Shown here: positions 51,577 to 64,000 of the stretch, one piece after another
Layout: every line of letters starts with the position of its first letter
Numbering within the stretch: position 1 is the stretch's first letter
Assembly (NCBI GenBank): GCA_051362555.1
Contig: CM120649.1
Span: 2,170,001 to 2,234,000 of the forward strand
Direction of reading: 5' to 3'
DNA length: 64,000 nucleotides
Source of the DNA: Lingula anatina
Lineage: Eukaryota > Animalia > Brachiopoda
Program-made: the position numbers and the translations under genes
The notes under the pieces: generated by a model
The model's input: the letters and a program-made list of their open reading frames with translations, nothing else
Databases searched by the model: none
What the model was told of the DNA's origin: nothing

Positions 51577-52797
51577 GGTGTTTATCCGATGGCACGGTGT
51601 CCGTAGTTTACAGTGTGTCGTCCGCACACTAGTTATAAACACGTTGGATGACCTGTCCTGGGAAACAGCGAATCACGGGCTTTTTTCTTTTCACTTGACA
51701 TAATTATGCGGGTATATATCATCCCACGCATCACGTCAATAGCGCATAAATAGCGAATCACAGTAGGTTTTACAACTGACGTTTATATATATATATATAC
51801 ATGTCAAAGGCCCCGACCAAATCTAGTCCTATGCATAAAAAAGCCCAAACCCCCTGTTAATTATGCCCTTTCTGGGCCCATTCTATAAGATGTCTTTGCA
51901 TAGTTAACAGCATAATGGGCAAGTTAATAGACCAGGTTAAATGGCCAAGCTGCCAGTTTGTTTGTATGACGTGTAATTATAAAGGGGATGTCTTAGACCA
52001 AGTTGACTGGCCAAGCTGCCAGTTTGTTTGTATGGCATGTGCAGGGGATGTCTTAGATCAAGGCACATATTATGATACTTACAGGTGTGGCAAATGAGAT
52101 ATAGTGGTATTTCATTACCTGTGATTTGTAAAATACATCTGAGGATGATACTTTTAAAGATGTTCAATGTTTAAAGAAAAGACGCAGATTGATTTACTAA
52201 CATTTACTAAAGAAATGTTAAATTAAAGTTGGGCTCCATTTGTTAGTGTGTTATTTCAATTATCTATATTTATACAGATTATAGGAAAAGGTCTGCCCTT
52301 TAATGTTTTGTTGACCTTTTGGGAAAATATCTGTATTTTCTGAAGGATAAATTAAAAAGAAAAGTGTGAATTAATAGCAAAACTTTGCTCTATTTGCAAG
52401 CAGAGCTATTAAAAACTGTTGTATGTCTATAAGCACTATTATTGTCATCGGGGACAAAGGAAATGACAGGTACTTCACGCTTCCAGATTAGATCTTCAAT
52501 TAATTGCTTCTTCCTCACTGACGAGAGCTATTGAAAGGACAACAATTGACAAAGGGCCGAGGCATGCAGCATCTATTTCACTGGCTTGAAAATTTACCGA
52601 GTCTTGCCCACGATGTGGTCGAACAATCGGAACTAGAAAAAAATTCTGTCGCATGATTTTGAGTATGGACTAAATGTTAGAGTCCAGAAAAATTAATTTT
52701 ATAATATAATTTTTTTGGTCGGATTGACTGGGCCCGTCGACTGGGCCCGTGCTTGGCACGTTACCGTAAATACCTCTTACATGTACCTTGTGACTAA

Positions 52798-53284
52798 GAG
52801 ACCATTCCCACAGACTATCGTACTAACTTTGGATCAAACTATCTCCGAGAGGGATTCTCGTTTAATTACAATTAACTTGGGCGGCTTAGATGTCTGTCAC
52901 GCCTACTGAAGCTGATAAGGGGTAATTAACTATCGTTTAGCAGCTTTAGTGGGCGTCCCTGATGTCTGAGCCGCTCGGGCTGAAAGTAATTTAGCGAGGG
53001 TCCCCGTGGAGTTGGACCGATCCTGTTAGATCGATCTAGGGACGGGAACCCAGTCTAAGAGACCATTCCCACAGATATTTAGATCGATCTATCCCCCTGG
53101 GGAGTGTCACTAAATTGCTGTCAGCCTGACCGGCTTGAATGTCTGTCCCGCCTACTAAAAACTGTAAAGGGGTAATTAACTATTGTGCGCGCTCGGCTCT
53201 CGGAACATGACAGCAATCTAGCGTAAACCCCCAAGGAGTTAGGTCGATCCAGATGGATCGATCTCAATCTGTGGGAACCCAGTC
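52798..53284. mobile_element. Head-to-tail dimer of a Tourist/Harbinger-like MITE (52798-53055 and 53059-53284)
   Basis: Structure TAA-GAGACCATTCCCACAGA...GGGAACCCAGTC-TAA-GAGACCATTCCCACAGA...GGGAACCCAGTC-TAA. Confidence 0.85.
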
Positions 53285-54655
53285 TAAGGCGCAATATTGT
53301 CCTAGCTTATGATGAAAAAAGAGCCGGAGGCTTATTACAACCTCCTGATTTAATCTTGTTATCAGATGTTAAGAACTTTACCTAACTCTTTTTGCGAAAA
53401 AAAAGTCGTGTTGGAATTCTCTGTCATTTGACTCTCCCACCCTTAAAGGCCATTTGCAGCCATTCAGTCAAACAAACAAAATAAACAAAAAAAAGAAAAA
53501 AAAAAGACATTCTCCGTGGCCAGTGACAATTGACTGACTTTGATCAGTGTCACCTGAATAAGTGAATTGTGAACGCAAAAAGATCAGTATTACCAATTAA
53601 GCGGCTGCGTAAGTAGGAGCTGCAGTCGTCCATGTTAAATGAGTAGGTACATTGTACCATCTAAGAAAACGCGTGAACACTTACCACTGTACATTTGACA
53701 GACATTACCGGGGTGTGAGAAAATAAGTACTTATCACACAAGAAAATTTCAATCTCTGTGCGCTGATCCTTTTCTTGTCACTGGCTGCTTCACCAAAAGG
53801 AAACGTCAACAGTTGGAAGACAAATGTGAGAATCCCTTAACAAATATTTATAACATTGCGGAATAAAGATATTAAAAAGACCGAAATAAATATCCACGTG
53901 CTGAAGCAAGCCCAAGTGCTTAGCAACTGCAAAATGGCGGCAATTTTGTATCATAGCAACCACGAGAGACCACGAAAAATTGCACTGTAAGTAGAAAATA
54001 ACAATAGAAAGTCACTGAGGCACAACGAGCGTGACGTCGCTTATGATCTGTTCGGGCTGTCGTGGAGCTTTCGAAACAGCCCATCTGCGACAAATTCACA
54101 CGACAATTGATGAATATTTTCCCGAATGCAGAATGCATTCAAAGGAAGATGACGTATTTCCCATCCCTTCGTAATTTTGTCCATGGTTTATATAAATTAT
54201 TTCTGTACTTATAGTTAGTCATTTATTCCCGGAACGAGAACACACATGCTGTAGATTGAATCTATATACAGACACTCAGAAAGTGTGCTAAAGGCAAAAT
54301 ATTCATCTAATCAGAAGACCGTGAATTGAATTAATTTCCAGTCCCTCCATATACATCTACCGGGTATGTATCTAAGCATAATTTATTTCAAAAATAATTT
54401 AAAATTTAAAATCTTAAAATTGAAACACTTCAATTATCTCTTTGACGAATAAATCATGTGGTTCGTGGGATTTTCTCATCAGGGATTTGTCAAGTGACAG
54501 TGCCCGAGTAGTTGTAAATATCGCTCGGAAATCAGCACAGGGCCACAGTACTGAACAAATGCACATAATCATTATAATAATAATTATTATTATTATTATT
54601 ATTACCAAATTTGCAACCCGAGGGTTGGATAATCTCAATCATTACATCATAGTTG

Positions 54656-57275
54656 AACTAGAGGATCAGAGAGGCGATACCGCCTCCGAATATTGTACCA
54701 CCAGCTGGAGCAAGCGCATTCGTATAGACCCCCACATCCGCAAAATAAGGGACACAGCCACTAGTCTTATGCTTGACAAGCTGTAAAATGCAATCAACAA
54801 GAATTTTCAAAATACGCAAAAAATATATATAACTTAAAATGGTACAATCAAAGTTTAGTTCATTGTAAGGTAGGTCAAAGGTCAATTTCAAGGTCACAGT
54901 AAATTTCCAGTATATGACTTCCTATTCAACTTCAATAGTAACTATGGACCTATCTCTGCCAGGTTTGGAGTTAAAAGAGAAAGAAATTAGCAGAGTTCAG
55001 TTCATGATTATAAGTAGGTCAAAGGTCAATTTCAAGGTCACACTTAGATTGCCAGTATATGACTTCCCATTCAAGTTCAATAGTAACTATGGACCTATCT
55101 CATTAGTTTTGGAAATAAAAGGGAACCAAAATTTGCAAAGTTCAATTCATGATAAAAAGTAGGTCAAAGGTCAATTTCAAGGTCACATTTAGATTGCCAG
55201 TATATGACTTCCTATTCAAGTTCAATAGTAACTATGGACCTATCTCTGCCAGTTTTGGAGATAAAAGGGAACCAAAATTTGCAAAGTTCAATTCATGATA
55301 AAAAGTAGGTCAAAGGTCAATGTCAAGGTCACATTTAGATTGCCAGTATATGACTTCCTATTCAACTTCAATAGTAACTATGGACCTATCTCTGCCAGGT
55401 TTGGAGTTAAAAGAGAAAGAAATTAGCAGAGTTCAGTTCATGGTGAAAAGTAGGTCAAAGGTCAATTTCAAGGTCACATTTAGATTGCCAGTATATGACT
55501 TCCTATTCAACTTCAATAGTAACTATAGACCTATCTCTGCTAGTTTTGGAGATAAAAGGGAAGCAAAATTTCCAAAGTTCAGTTCATGGTGAAAAGTAGG
55601 TCAAAGGTCAATTTCAAGGTCACATTTAGATTGCCAGTATATGACTTCATATTCAAGTTCAATAGAAACTATGGACCTATCTCTGCCAGTTTTGGAGATA
55701 AAAGGGAGGCAAAATTTGCAAAGTTCAGTTCATGGTGAAAAGTAGGTCAAAGCTCAATTTCAAGGTCACAGTAAGATTGCCAGTATATGACTTCCTATTC
55801 AAGTTCAATAGTAACTATGGACCTATCTCTGCCAGTTTTGGAGATAAAAGGGAACCAAAATTTGCAAAGTTCAATTCATGATAAAAAGTAGGTCAAAGGT
55901 CAATTTCAAGGTCACATTTCGATTGCCAGTATATGACTTCCTATTCAACTTCAATAGTAACTATGGACCTATCTCTGCCAGGTTTGGAGTTAAAAGAGAA
56001 AGAAATTAGCAGAGTTCAGTTCATGGTGAAAAGTAGGTCAAAGGTCAATTTCAAGGTCACATTTAGATTGCCAGTATATGACTTTCTATTCAATTTCAAT
56101 AGTAACTATGGACCTATCTCTGCCAGTTTTGGAGATAAAAGGGAGGCAAAATTTGCAAAGTTCAGTTCATGGTGAAAAGTAGGTCAAAGGTCAATTTCAA
56201 GGTCACAGTAAGATTGCCAGTACATGACTTCCTATTCAACTTCAATAGTAACTATGGACTTATCTCTGCCAGTTTTGGAGATATAAGGGACTAAATGTTA
56301 TAATTTTGGAGTTACCATAATGTGCAATAAATTTCCTACGGAAAAATTTAATTAAAATAAAGAAAAGGTCATTTTGGTCAAAATTCTTGAAATGGGAGGT
56401 GCTCTGAAGTTCCAGATGTTCAAATATGATGAAATAATGTCATTTTTGACCACAAGTTGTCTGCTTTGCCAAGCCTTATGTTTTATTTTTCCGGAGTTCA
56501 AAATTTATTATCCATTACCGTACTGCACATTTTGCTTTCACCACCAATATGTACTTTTTGATACAGCGTAACTCGAAAACCGTATGGAATACAAAAAAAC
56601 GGAGACCACTTCCAGTGTTGGGCTTTACATGCTCTACAAAATGCAAAAAAGAATGGGTCTCTAGCATTAACGGTTCCCGAATTAGAGACAGTTTTCAGTT
56701 TCGGTATCTTATGGCCGCTACACCCGTGAAAATGCACCGATTGACCCCAAATTCACACAGATGAAAGATGACCTGAAGGGTAACATTTTCCAATAATATT
56801 ATTGGTTAAGTCTGTGTGGTGTCTGAATAACAGCGCAAATAAATTTTTTTTCGAAAAAAAATTCATTTTTTTGAAAATTTTTGCCCGTTTGACCTTGAAA
56901 TAAAGGTCAAAGGTCAAATCCAAGGGCATATTTGAAATCTACACATATGACTTTTGGAAAGCCGTCTGTAGAAATTTTTCCCATAATTCCTTCCGTAGGG
57001 TAGATAATTAGCATTTAATTTTGCCATTTTTGGACAAGGGTGCATTGCAATGAGTGCCACACCTAGACCCCAATACCGACAAAGCCCAAATTTTACGTGG
57101 AACGAGTTGAGATTATAGGTGACCTTAATCCAAGAGATGGGTATGGGGGCCCTTACCGTCTAGGAGGAGAAGCGGTAACGGTAACATGGCGGCGGAGCCG
57201 GCGGAGCCGGCGGAACGGACCGGACGGGACTAAAACCATGTGTACCGCCAGCGCTAACGCTGGTGGTACAATAAA
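54656..57275 (+). mobile_element. ~2.6-kb satellite-bearing non-autonomous element, Helentron/HINE-like architecture
   Basis: Starts AACTAGAG with a small hairpin GAGGCG-ATAC-CGCCTC. Subterminal inverted repeat TATTGTACCACCAGC (54691) / GCTGGTGGTACAATA (57259). Internal tandem array, a CGG/ACGG micro-repeat at 57190-57228, and a terminal hairpin GTACCGCCAGCG-CTAA-CGCTGGTGGTAC. Confidence 0.65.
54855..56290. repeat. Tandem satellite, 10 copies of a 144-146 bp unit
   Basis: TAGGTCAAAG starts at 54871, 55015, 55160, 55306, 55451, 55597, 55743, 55889, 56034 and 56180. Confidence 0.97.
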
Positions 57276-57459
57276 ACCACTAATGAATAAGAATAAAGGA
57301 ATATTAAAAGACATATGTAAACAAATTTAAAACAAAATAACTAAAATGCAAGGTTAAAAATGAAGTTTAAATATATCAGTTAATTTTGGAATTTGTTTAT
57401 TGCACTGGTTAAAAAGTCGCTCATTGATCGTTTGCTTTTAATTTTAGGTCTTTTGAATG

Positions 57460-58540
57460 TCTCCTATACCCTTTATGAATTTCTGTGAATATCAAGTGAA
57501 AAATCAACCTGTGGCCTTGGTAGAGGGTACTCACAACGTATATTCTGGACGAGGATAATCCACGACTCCGGATATTTTCTGATTGTGTTATCAAACCTAT
57601 CATATCGTGACGTCAAGTGGTGTGGGAAATTAAGCTGACTGGTCATTTAAGCTGGAGGTACACATGTATACGAGGGCGAAGAAGAAGTTGATTTATTAAG
57701 TTATGTGAAAAGTCAAACATTTTTCCTGTTAATGGTGAATAGATTATAAATGAGGGAATATCATTCCCACCAAATGGAGCTATGGCAAAGCGTTTTAAAC
57801 CTACGGCCATCCACTCAAAATGGTTCTATGTCGACTGGCTCTTCGTAAATTGTTGAAGAAATAAAACTGAATATTTGCAGCGGTAAAGAGTTGCCAAATG
57901 CATTTAATATATTTAAACAATTGTCATGTAGCACTGATGTCCTTTCCTTCTATTTCACACTCAAAATTCCTTCCTTTACACTCTTCTTAATCACCAGGTG
58001 TACTTTTATGTTAAAACTTGGCGTGACACATGCCAGTATACCAGACAGCCTATTGTCTCAGTTACAGAAGCCCAGATGTTCAGATTGTCCCAGAAATAAT
58101 TGTAAGCAGGGATCTTATCTATTGGTCGGTTATCTGTTCACCACAACGTTTATATGACTCAACACCGTTATGGTACCGTTTTTGTAACGTTACAAAACGT
58201 TTTGTGTTTGATGGGTTCCTGGTTTTTACAAGGTCTCTGGGGTACACTGAAGTTTTGGTAGCAAACTCCATAAAACAATAATTAGATGTTGGCATTTCAG
58301 GTGGCACACTGACTACATTTGAGGAGTGCAAATAACATCAATTTACAGCCATACAGGAAACTTTTATTCTGTGCAAGACGTTTCTATTTGCGCTGTCGAT
58401 CGTCGCCAGAGGCAAACTTGTAAGTTGCCCTTACAAATCTTCTTCACACCCCGAATATTTAAGACATTTTTTTACCAACGTGGAATAGGATCACTGATGT
58501 TTGATCCAATTCTTGACCATGAAGCATCTAACGCGTGATA
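57460..58540 (-). pseudogene. Decayed paralog of the F-box gene (relics of roughly exons 1-4)
   Basis: 58410-58520 resembles 45715-45830 (GAGGCAAACTTGTAAGTTG, AATATTTAAGACATTTT, GTGGAATAGGATCA) and translates with stops as DPIPRW*KKCLKYSGCEEDL*GQLTSLP. 57465-57545 gives IYVVSTLYQGHRLIFHLIFTEIH versus IRTLARLLEGHRSADTPIFKAIR in exon 4. Confidence 0.68.
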
Positions 58541-58771
58541 ACAAAATATCGTAGGATTATAACGTTTGAATTTGAATAAATTTTCAAAATAAATATATCG
58601 GGCGGAAGATGTCGAGCAGTCACGGAGATATGACGTCATGCATGACCCCGTTAAGCAAGTCTTCTTGTTGTTTTAAACCCGCGTTATACCCTAGGTTCAT
58701 TTCTTCGGTTTGAGGTCTAAAATAATTGCCATTGATTATAAGGGTATCCCAAAGTAACGAACACAAATAAT

Positions 58772-58814
<43 letters not shown>

Positions 58815-58921
58815 TTCCCACCTCAAGGATTAAACACACAAGACATAAAATCACACACATTAAAAAATTAAAATGCTCAAGTTAAAAGTCATAAACAGAT
58901 ATTAATATTTACAGATAAACG

Positions 58922-59945
58922 CAGTGGCAGATTTAGAGGGAGGTGATGGGGGTCCTGCCCCCCCCCCCCCCCCCCCCCCCCCTCTATCGATTTCGGAAAA
59001 TCCAATGGCCCCTTTTGAAATTAGAATTTTGACTAGCTGAATCATAGTTCTAAACCGTACCAAATGGCATCGTGCGCCCTCTAAAATACCACATTTTCGC
59101 GAGGCCCTTCAGAGGGCCCCGAAACCGATGCCAAGTGTGTATGTGTTGGGGGGGGGGGATGCTTCGCATCGGCAAACAGGCCTCATAAACGGATTAGGCG
59201 TTTCCTAGCACCAGCCTCAGATTCCCGAGCGCAAACGCAAATATTAACGAGCCGCACCTCAGATTCACAAGCACAACGTAAAGTCAACGACCTCAAACTT
59301 AGCGCTGCCAAGCACTAGCCGTTGATCCGCTTATCTACCCGTTCGGTATGTTCCGTATGAGCCGAAGGTTGTCGAGAACGCATTGCTGCTGTATTAATAC
59401 GCGGTATGGATAGTGCAATATACTAATGCAGTACTTTGGAATGTTTTGAGAATTTTTATATAATCTACGTTTATTTTGCTTAAGTTAAAATATTGATAGA
59501 TGGCAACAGATATTTCAGAGTCGGTGTAAATAGTCGATGAATCTTTTTTTTACGTGCGTCTTATTTATCATTTGCGTAGCGCCATTATTTAGAGGCGGGA
59601 AAAGAGACAGAAAGGGGAGATAATGTAATCGTTTGCGCCCAGAAATCTCTGAAAGTTCCACCGTTATGTCTCTTGTATCTTCCGCCATATTGAAAATAGT
59701 CCTGAGTTGATAAAAAGAACCCGTATATAAGCAGCCAGGGCCCCGGATGGAAGCTGGACAAATTGATAGTGCTTGGCAACGCTAAGTTTGTGCTCGTTGA
59801 CTTTACGTTGTGCTTGTGAATCTGAGGTGCGGCTCGTTAATATTGGCGTTTGCGCTCGGGAATCTGAGGCTCGTGCTCGGCAACGGTAATTATCGTTTAT
59901 GAGGCCTGGCAAACCCCCCTTCAAATAATCCTGGGTCCGCCCCTG
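58922..59945. mobile_element. Non-autonomous DNA transposon (CAG...CTG ends, 6-bp TSD TAAACG), inserted just 3' of the CYP copy 2 stop codon
   Basis: Imperfect TIR CAGTGGCAGATTTAG / CTGGGTCCGCCCCTG. TAAACG at 58916-58921 and 59946-59951. The equivalent site after CYP copy 1 (~47385-47410) is empty. Confidence 0.75.
59177..59908. mobile_element. Nested 732-bp fold-back element with ~140-bp TIRs
   Basis: CAGGCCTCATAAACG...GCCTCAGATTCCCGAGCGCAAACGC...GCCAAGCACTA (59177-59318) is inversely repeated at 59767-59908. Flanking duplication is GCAAA (5 bp) or GGCAAAC (7 bp), depending on the boundary chosen. Confidence 0.88.
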
Positions 59946-59982
59946 TAAACGACAGCAAATCTTGACCGATAAGCCGGAGTTA

Positions 59983-62886
59983 TTAAGTCTTCTTGCCCCT
60001 ACTAACCACGCAGAGCTGGTGCGCAGGAGGGGTTAACGTTGATGCGAGGGTGCCTTCTTCAAAAACAGGAGCTGAAGCGCCATTTGGGAGACGAAATGTA
60101 AACTTCTGCATCAAAAAGGTAAAGAAAAGGAAGAGCTCCATTCTAGCAAGGGGTGCTCCTACGCAAGACCGTTTACCTGTAAAGATATATGTTAAGTCCA
60201 TTCGCTATAAAAAAAATGAGAGTTGTTTATGGTAAAATAATGGTGGGATGTCATAAGTTGATTTTTCTTTGGTGCCATATTTTGGCATTAATAGTTACAA
60301 TATCCAATCATATTTTAAAATTGTCTGCAACTCACCCAGAGAAAATGGAGTGAACACATCGTGTCGTATGGTTCTTCCTCTCTCGTTCAGATGGCGCTGC
60401 GGGTCAAACTTCTCGGGATTAGGCCAACATACGGGGTCCGTCATGACAGACCACAGGTTCACAAGTACCATGGTATCTTTAGGGATGGTGTAGCCACGAA
60501 ATTCCACGTCTTTAGTGGTAGAATGTGGAACCGCCAATGGAGTAACACAATTCAGACGCTGTATTTCCATGATGGTTGCCTCTGTGTACGGCAGTGTACC
60601 TTTGTCTGTGATGTTTGGATTTCGGTCTCCTAAATTGGAGTCAATTTCTTCTTGAACTTTTGCCTGGATTTCAGGGTACATTGCCATATACAGACAACCC
60701 CATCGTAACGTTGTTGTAACAGTCTCAAAACCAGCCACAATCAGGTCGATAGCGACAGAAATAATTTGGTTTTCGGAAAATATGGTGTCCAAATTGTCGT
60801 TTCTTTCTTGTCCAATCGCTTGTGTAGGATGATATAACTCTGTTTCATTGTTATTTATTCTCACTGGTCCTTTCTCATTTGTCTTTTGGCCTCTGTACTT
60901 CAAAACGTCAGTTTTGTACGAATCGGCAAAAGATTTTATGTGATTGGAATCTTCGTGATGATTACTTACCTGTCCTTTGAGCCATGCAATTACTTGTAGG
61001 ACCAAGCGAGTGGAAACTTCATCGAATTGCTTAAGACGCGGCAATGGCAGCTTTTCCAGAAAGGGAACAAAGTTCACTATGCTCAACTTTGCGTTGAGCT
61101 CAAACATTTTGTGCACTGTATCCAGAATACCCTCATACTGAGAGTCATTATGTTCAAGATGAAATCCGAAAACTATCCCGAGTGTGATATTGGCCACGGA
61201 ATCGCGTAGAATTGGATAGATATCGGTTGCCTTGCCGCCCATGTTGGTTAAATCTTTCATCAAAATTTCCAACTGTGGTTTGAAAATGGCGGATTCCAGA
61301 TTTTTCCGACCGACCCCGATTATTCGAAAAAGCCGCATGGTGTAGTGGCGCCTTTCCTCAAGTAGTCTGTCGTAGTTTTCCACCAAAATACCTAAAAGAT
61401 ATACATCCTTCGTTAACACAGCTGATAAATAATCTTTTTTTTTGGAACTAGTTTACTGTAGCTATTGCCTTACTACATTCATTACAAGTACCGTTTTAAC
61501 AAGGGACAAATACAAGTAAAAAGGGTCATATGACTAATTGTTGGAAGGTCTTCTCAATAAAAACATGTTGTTCTGTAAAAACATATAAAAGATGATTAAT
61601 TGACGTAACATTTAAAATCCAGTTACAAAATTCCAGGCGCACTTCGGTGGCTTGTAGGAAGACATATTCCTTTCTGTGTGGTCTTTGGTCACTGGTCACT
61701 CGAGGATAAAGGTTTATCTTGACATCACGCTACACGGTAATAATAATAATGATACACTATGATGATAGTGATGCTTTAGGAAAATAATAACTCGGCTGTT
61801 ATGGGAGCGGGCAGTGGAGGGGTTCATGTTTAAAGTGTCTCTGTATGATTTCGGAGATTATCGCACGTTAAAGGATAATGGACAGTTTTCGAATTTTAGA
61901 GAAACAGCTCTTACTCTGTACACTCGATATATGATATAACCGATTTCCACCATATAAACATAAGAATAGCAAGTAGAAAAAGGTGTGTTTTAAAACACCT
62001 CACTTCAAAATGCAAAACTAAAGCAACAGGTCTAAGTCACATGGTCAGGTGACGTCAAAATAGCTAATGCCATCTAACAGGGGAAAGAATCAGCACGTGA
62101 AGCTTTATCAAAATGGAACATTTTAATTCTTTTATTAGCACGACGAAGCTGTATGTAATTACCTTATACAAGACCACAGCGGAGGGATGAAGTCAATCCC
62201 ATACAAATTTGTTATAAGGACTAGTCCATTTGCTATATTGTTTACACAGAACGGTGCTATTTGTGGTCTGCGTTTCTTAAAGTTGTCATTTTAACTGTTG
62301 TTCAATGTATTATTTTTAGTTTTTGTTTCGGTTTTTGTAAAGCTTTCATTCATGAAAACCCAGTGCTTATGCTTCAACGATGTTAAATATTTTTATGCAT
62401 TTCACCCGAAACCCAATATTTCTATTATTGTTATTATATTTTATATAAATTTATATTAATGTAAACGCGCCTGAATAACTTAATAAAAGGCAGCCCACCT
62501 TTATAATTCACCCCCCTGTGGTGCGGCGTCCTAAATGTAAACATGTCTGGACGTCCGGCAAAGTCCGCCCCGTGCTTGACCAGCGCTTCCCTGATAACGC
62601 CAAAGCCGTTCAAGACAACAACGGGGACCGTCCCGAAACGAACGCTGTATACATCGCCGTAGGTTTTCGCCCACCTGGTTAGTACAAGGTGAGCATTTCT
62701 CCCAAGATATGGTAAGCAGCCCAATATCGGCAACCCCCAGGGGCCAGGGGGAAGGTTCTTCCTATGTTTTCGTCGGTAAGTTTGGAAAATCATGAAAATG
62801 ACCATCGATACTAAGGTAAAGACAAGGAAAGTCCGAAGCGAGGTATAAAATACCAGTTCTTCCCAAAAGGTCTGAAGCGCGCCCAT
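59983..62886 (-). CDS. Cytochrome P450, CYP2 clan, copy 2 (545 aa). Exons 62886-62499, 61391-60336, 60176-59983
   Basis: Same motifs as copy 1 (PPGPWGLPILG, AGFETVTT, EIQR, FSLG/KRSCVG) and identical exon lengths (388/1056/194 nt). Confidence 0.95.
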
Positions 62887-64000
62887 GATATTTTTCCAGT
62901 GATACAGTATTGTTATAGGAATGGTATGCTGCTTTCACACTGGTTTTATACACGGACACTGACCAGTAAATCGCAAATCACGACCTTATTTTCCTTTTAA
63001 ATTCACTTGTAAAATGTACTCGTATATATCAACTACTGCCAACGCACCGCCTACTTTTACGTCACTCAGCTCGTAAACAGCGAATCATAACAGGTTTTTT
63101 AACTGACGCATATATTTAGTACGTTTGGAAAGCCATTTACAGTATATACATTGTCCATTTACAGTATTTACCTGTTTCGGATGACCTGCTGAAGTTTTAT
63201 AGTTACACAAATTACCATGTTTGTTGAACGTCCTGGCTTATGTGCATGACCAAGTAGAATCCTAGCAACTTGTTGACGAAATCACAGGCAAATTTATGTT
63301 AAATATCACGTCCCCGTTTTGGAGTGTAAAGAAACACGTTGGAAAATCGTCTCCCCTCAAAGATAATGCGGAAAAACATTGTTATGAGTTAATGCCGACG
63401 CGTCAAAAATACACGAGGGCGCATTTATTAATTTGCACCGCCCAAAAAAGGTGCCATTTGGTAAAGTTGTTAAAAACTGCTATTTCTTACGGACAACAAG
63501 TACATCCAAATAATAAATATAACGAAACAATCATTTAAATTTATTTTTGCATTTAAAAAAGCAGTTTTGAAGTGATAGTCATTTTTAAATTGCGAATAGT
63601 GAGAGCCAGGCATTAAAAAGAACTCAGTGTCAAAAGTACCATCCCAAGTAAAAGTTCAAAATAATTTGCTAACGGGCGGTCACCCGATTTGACATCGGTC
63701 GAAATATCATTAAGTGCCGTACTTTTCACTAGATAGATGACCTTGATGTTGTTGCCATTTTAAATCTACTGGATGACTAAAAACATTCACCCATACAGGA
63801 GTAAAAGTTCAAAACCAGTTTGAGGACGTTCATACAGTGTAACCGGTGCCCTGACACACAGAGTGCCTTGAAGCGTCACTTGATGTATTTACCATATCAT
63901 CGTCAACATATTATTTGGGTTGTGGTTGCTAAGAAAAATAACAATAATACCTTTAATAAATGGTTGAGGGTAGGATAATACATTTGCAAGTACTTTATAT

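Overview
AT-rich, intron-rich eukaryotic (metazoan, probably marine invertebrate) genomic DNA. No rRNA, tRNA or CRISPR was seen, and most entries in the ORF track are spurious or single exons. Genes were reconstructed by hand from splice sites and phases: the 3' end of an importin-alpha-3/4 gene (+), a complete Rab6 gene (+, 4445-29961), a 7-exon orphan gene (+, 33940-37505), an 8-exon F-box gene (-, 42014-45861), two tandem 3-exon CYP2-clan P450 genes (-) and a decayed F-box copy between them. The window also holds many DNA-transposon derivatives and tandem arrays. The main finding is in Rab6. Its last intron has a minor-spliceosome (U12-type) donor, GTATCCTTT, facing three separate U12-type acceptors. 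Each acceptor opens an in-frame terminal exon with a different hypervariable tail ending in its own CxC prenylation motif (GCPC, GCAC, GCSC). No database searches were run; family calls rest on motifs read from the sequence.
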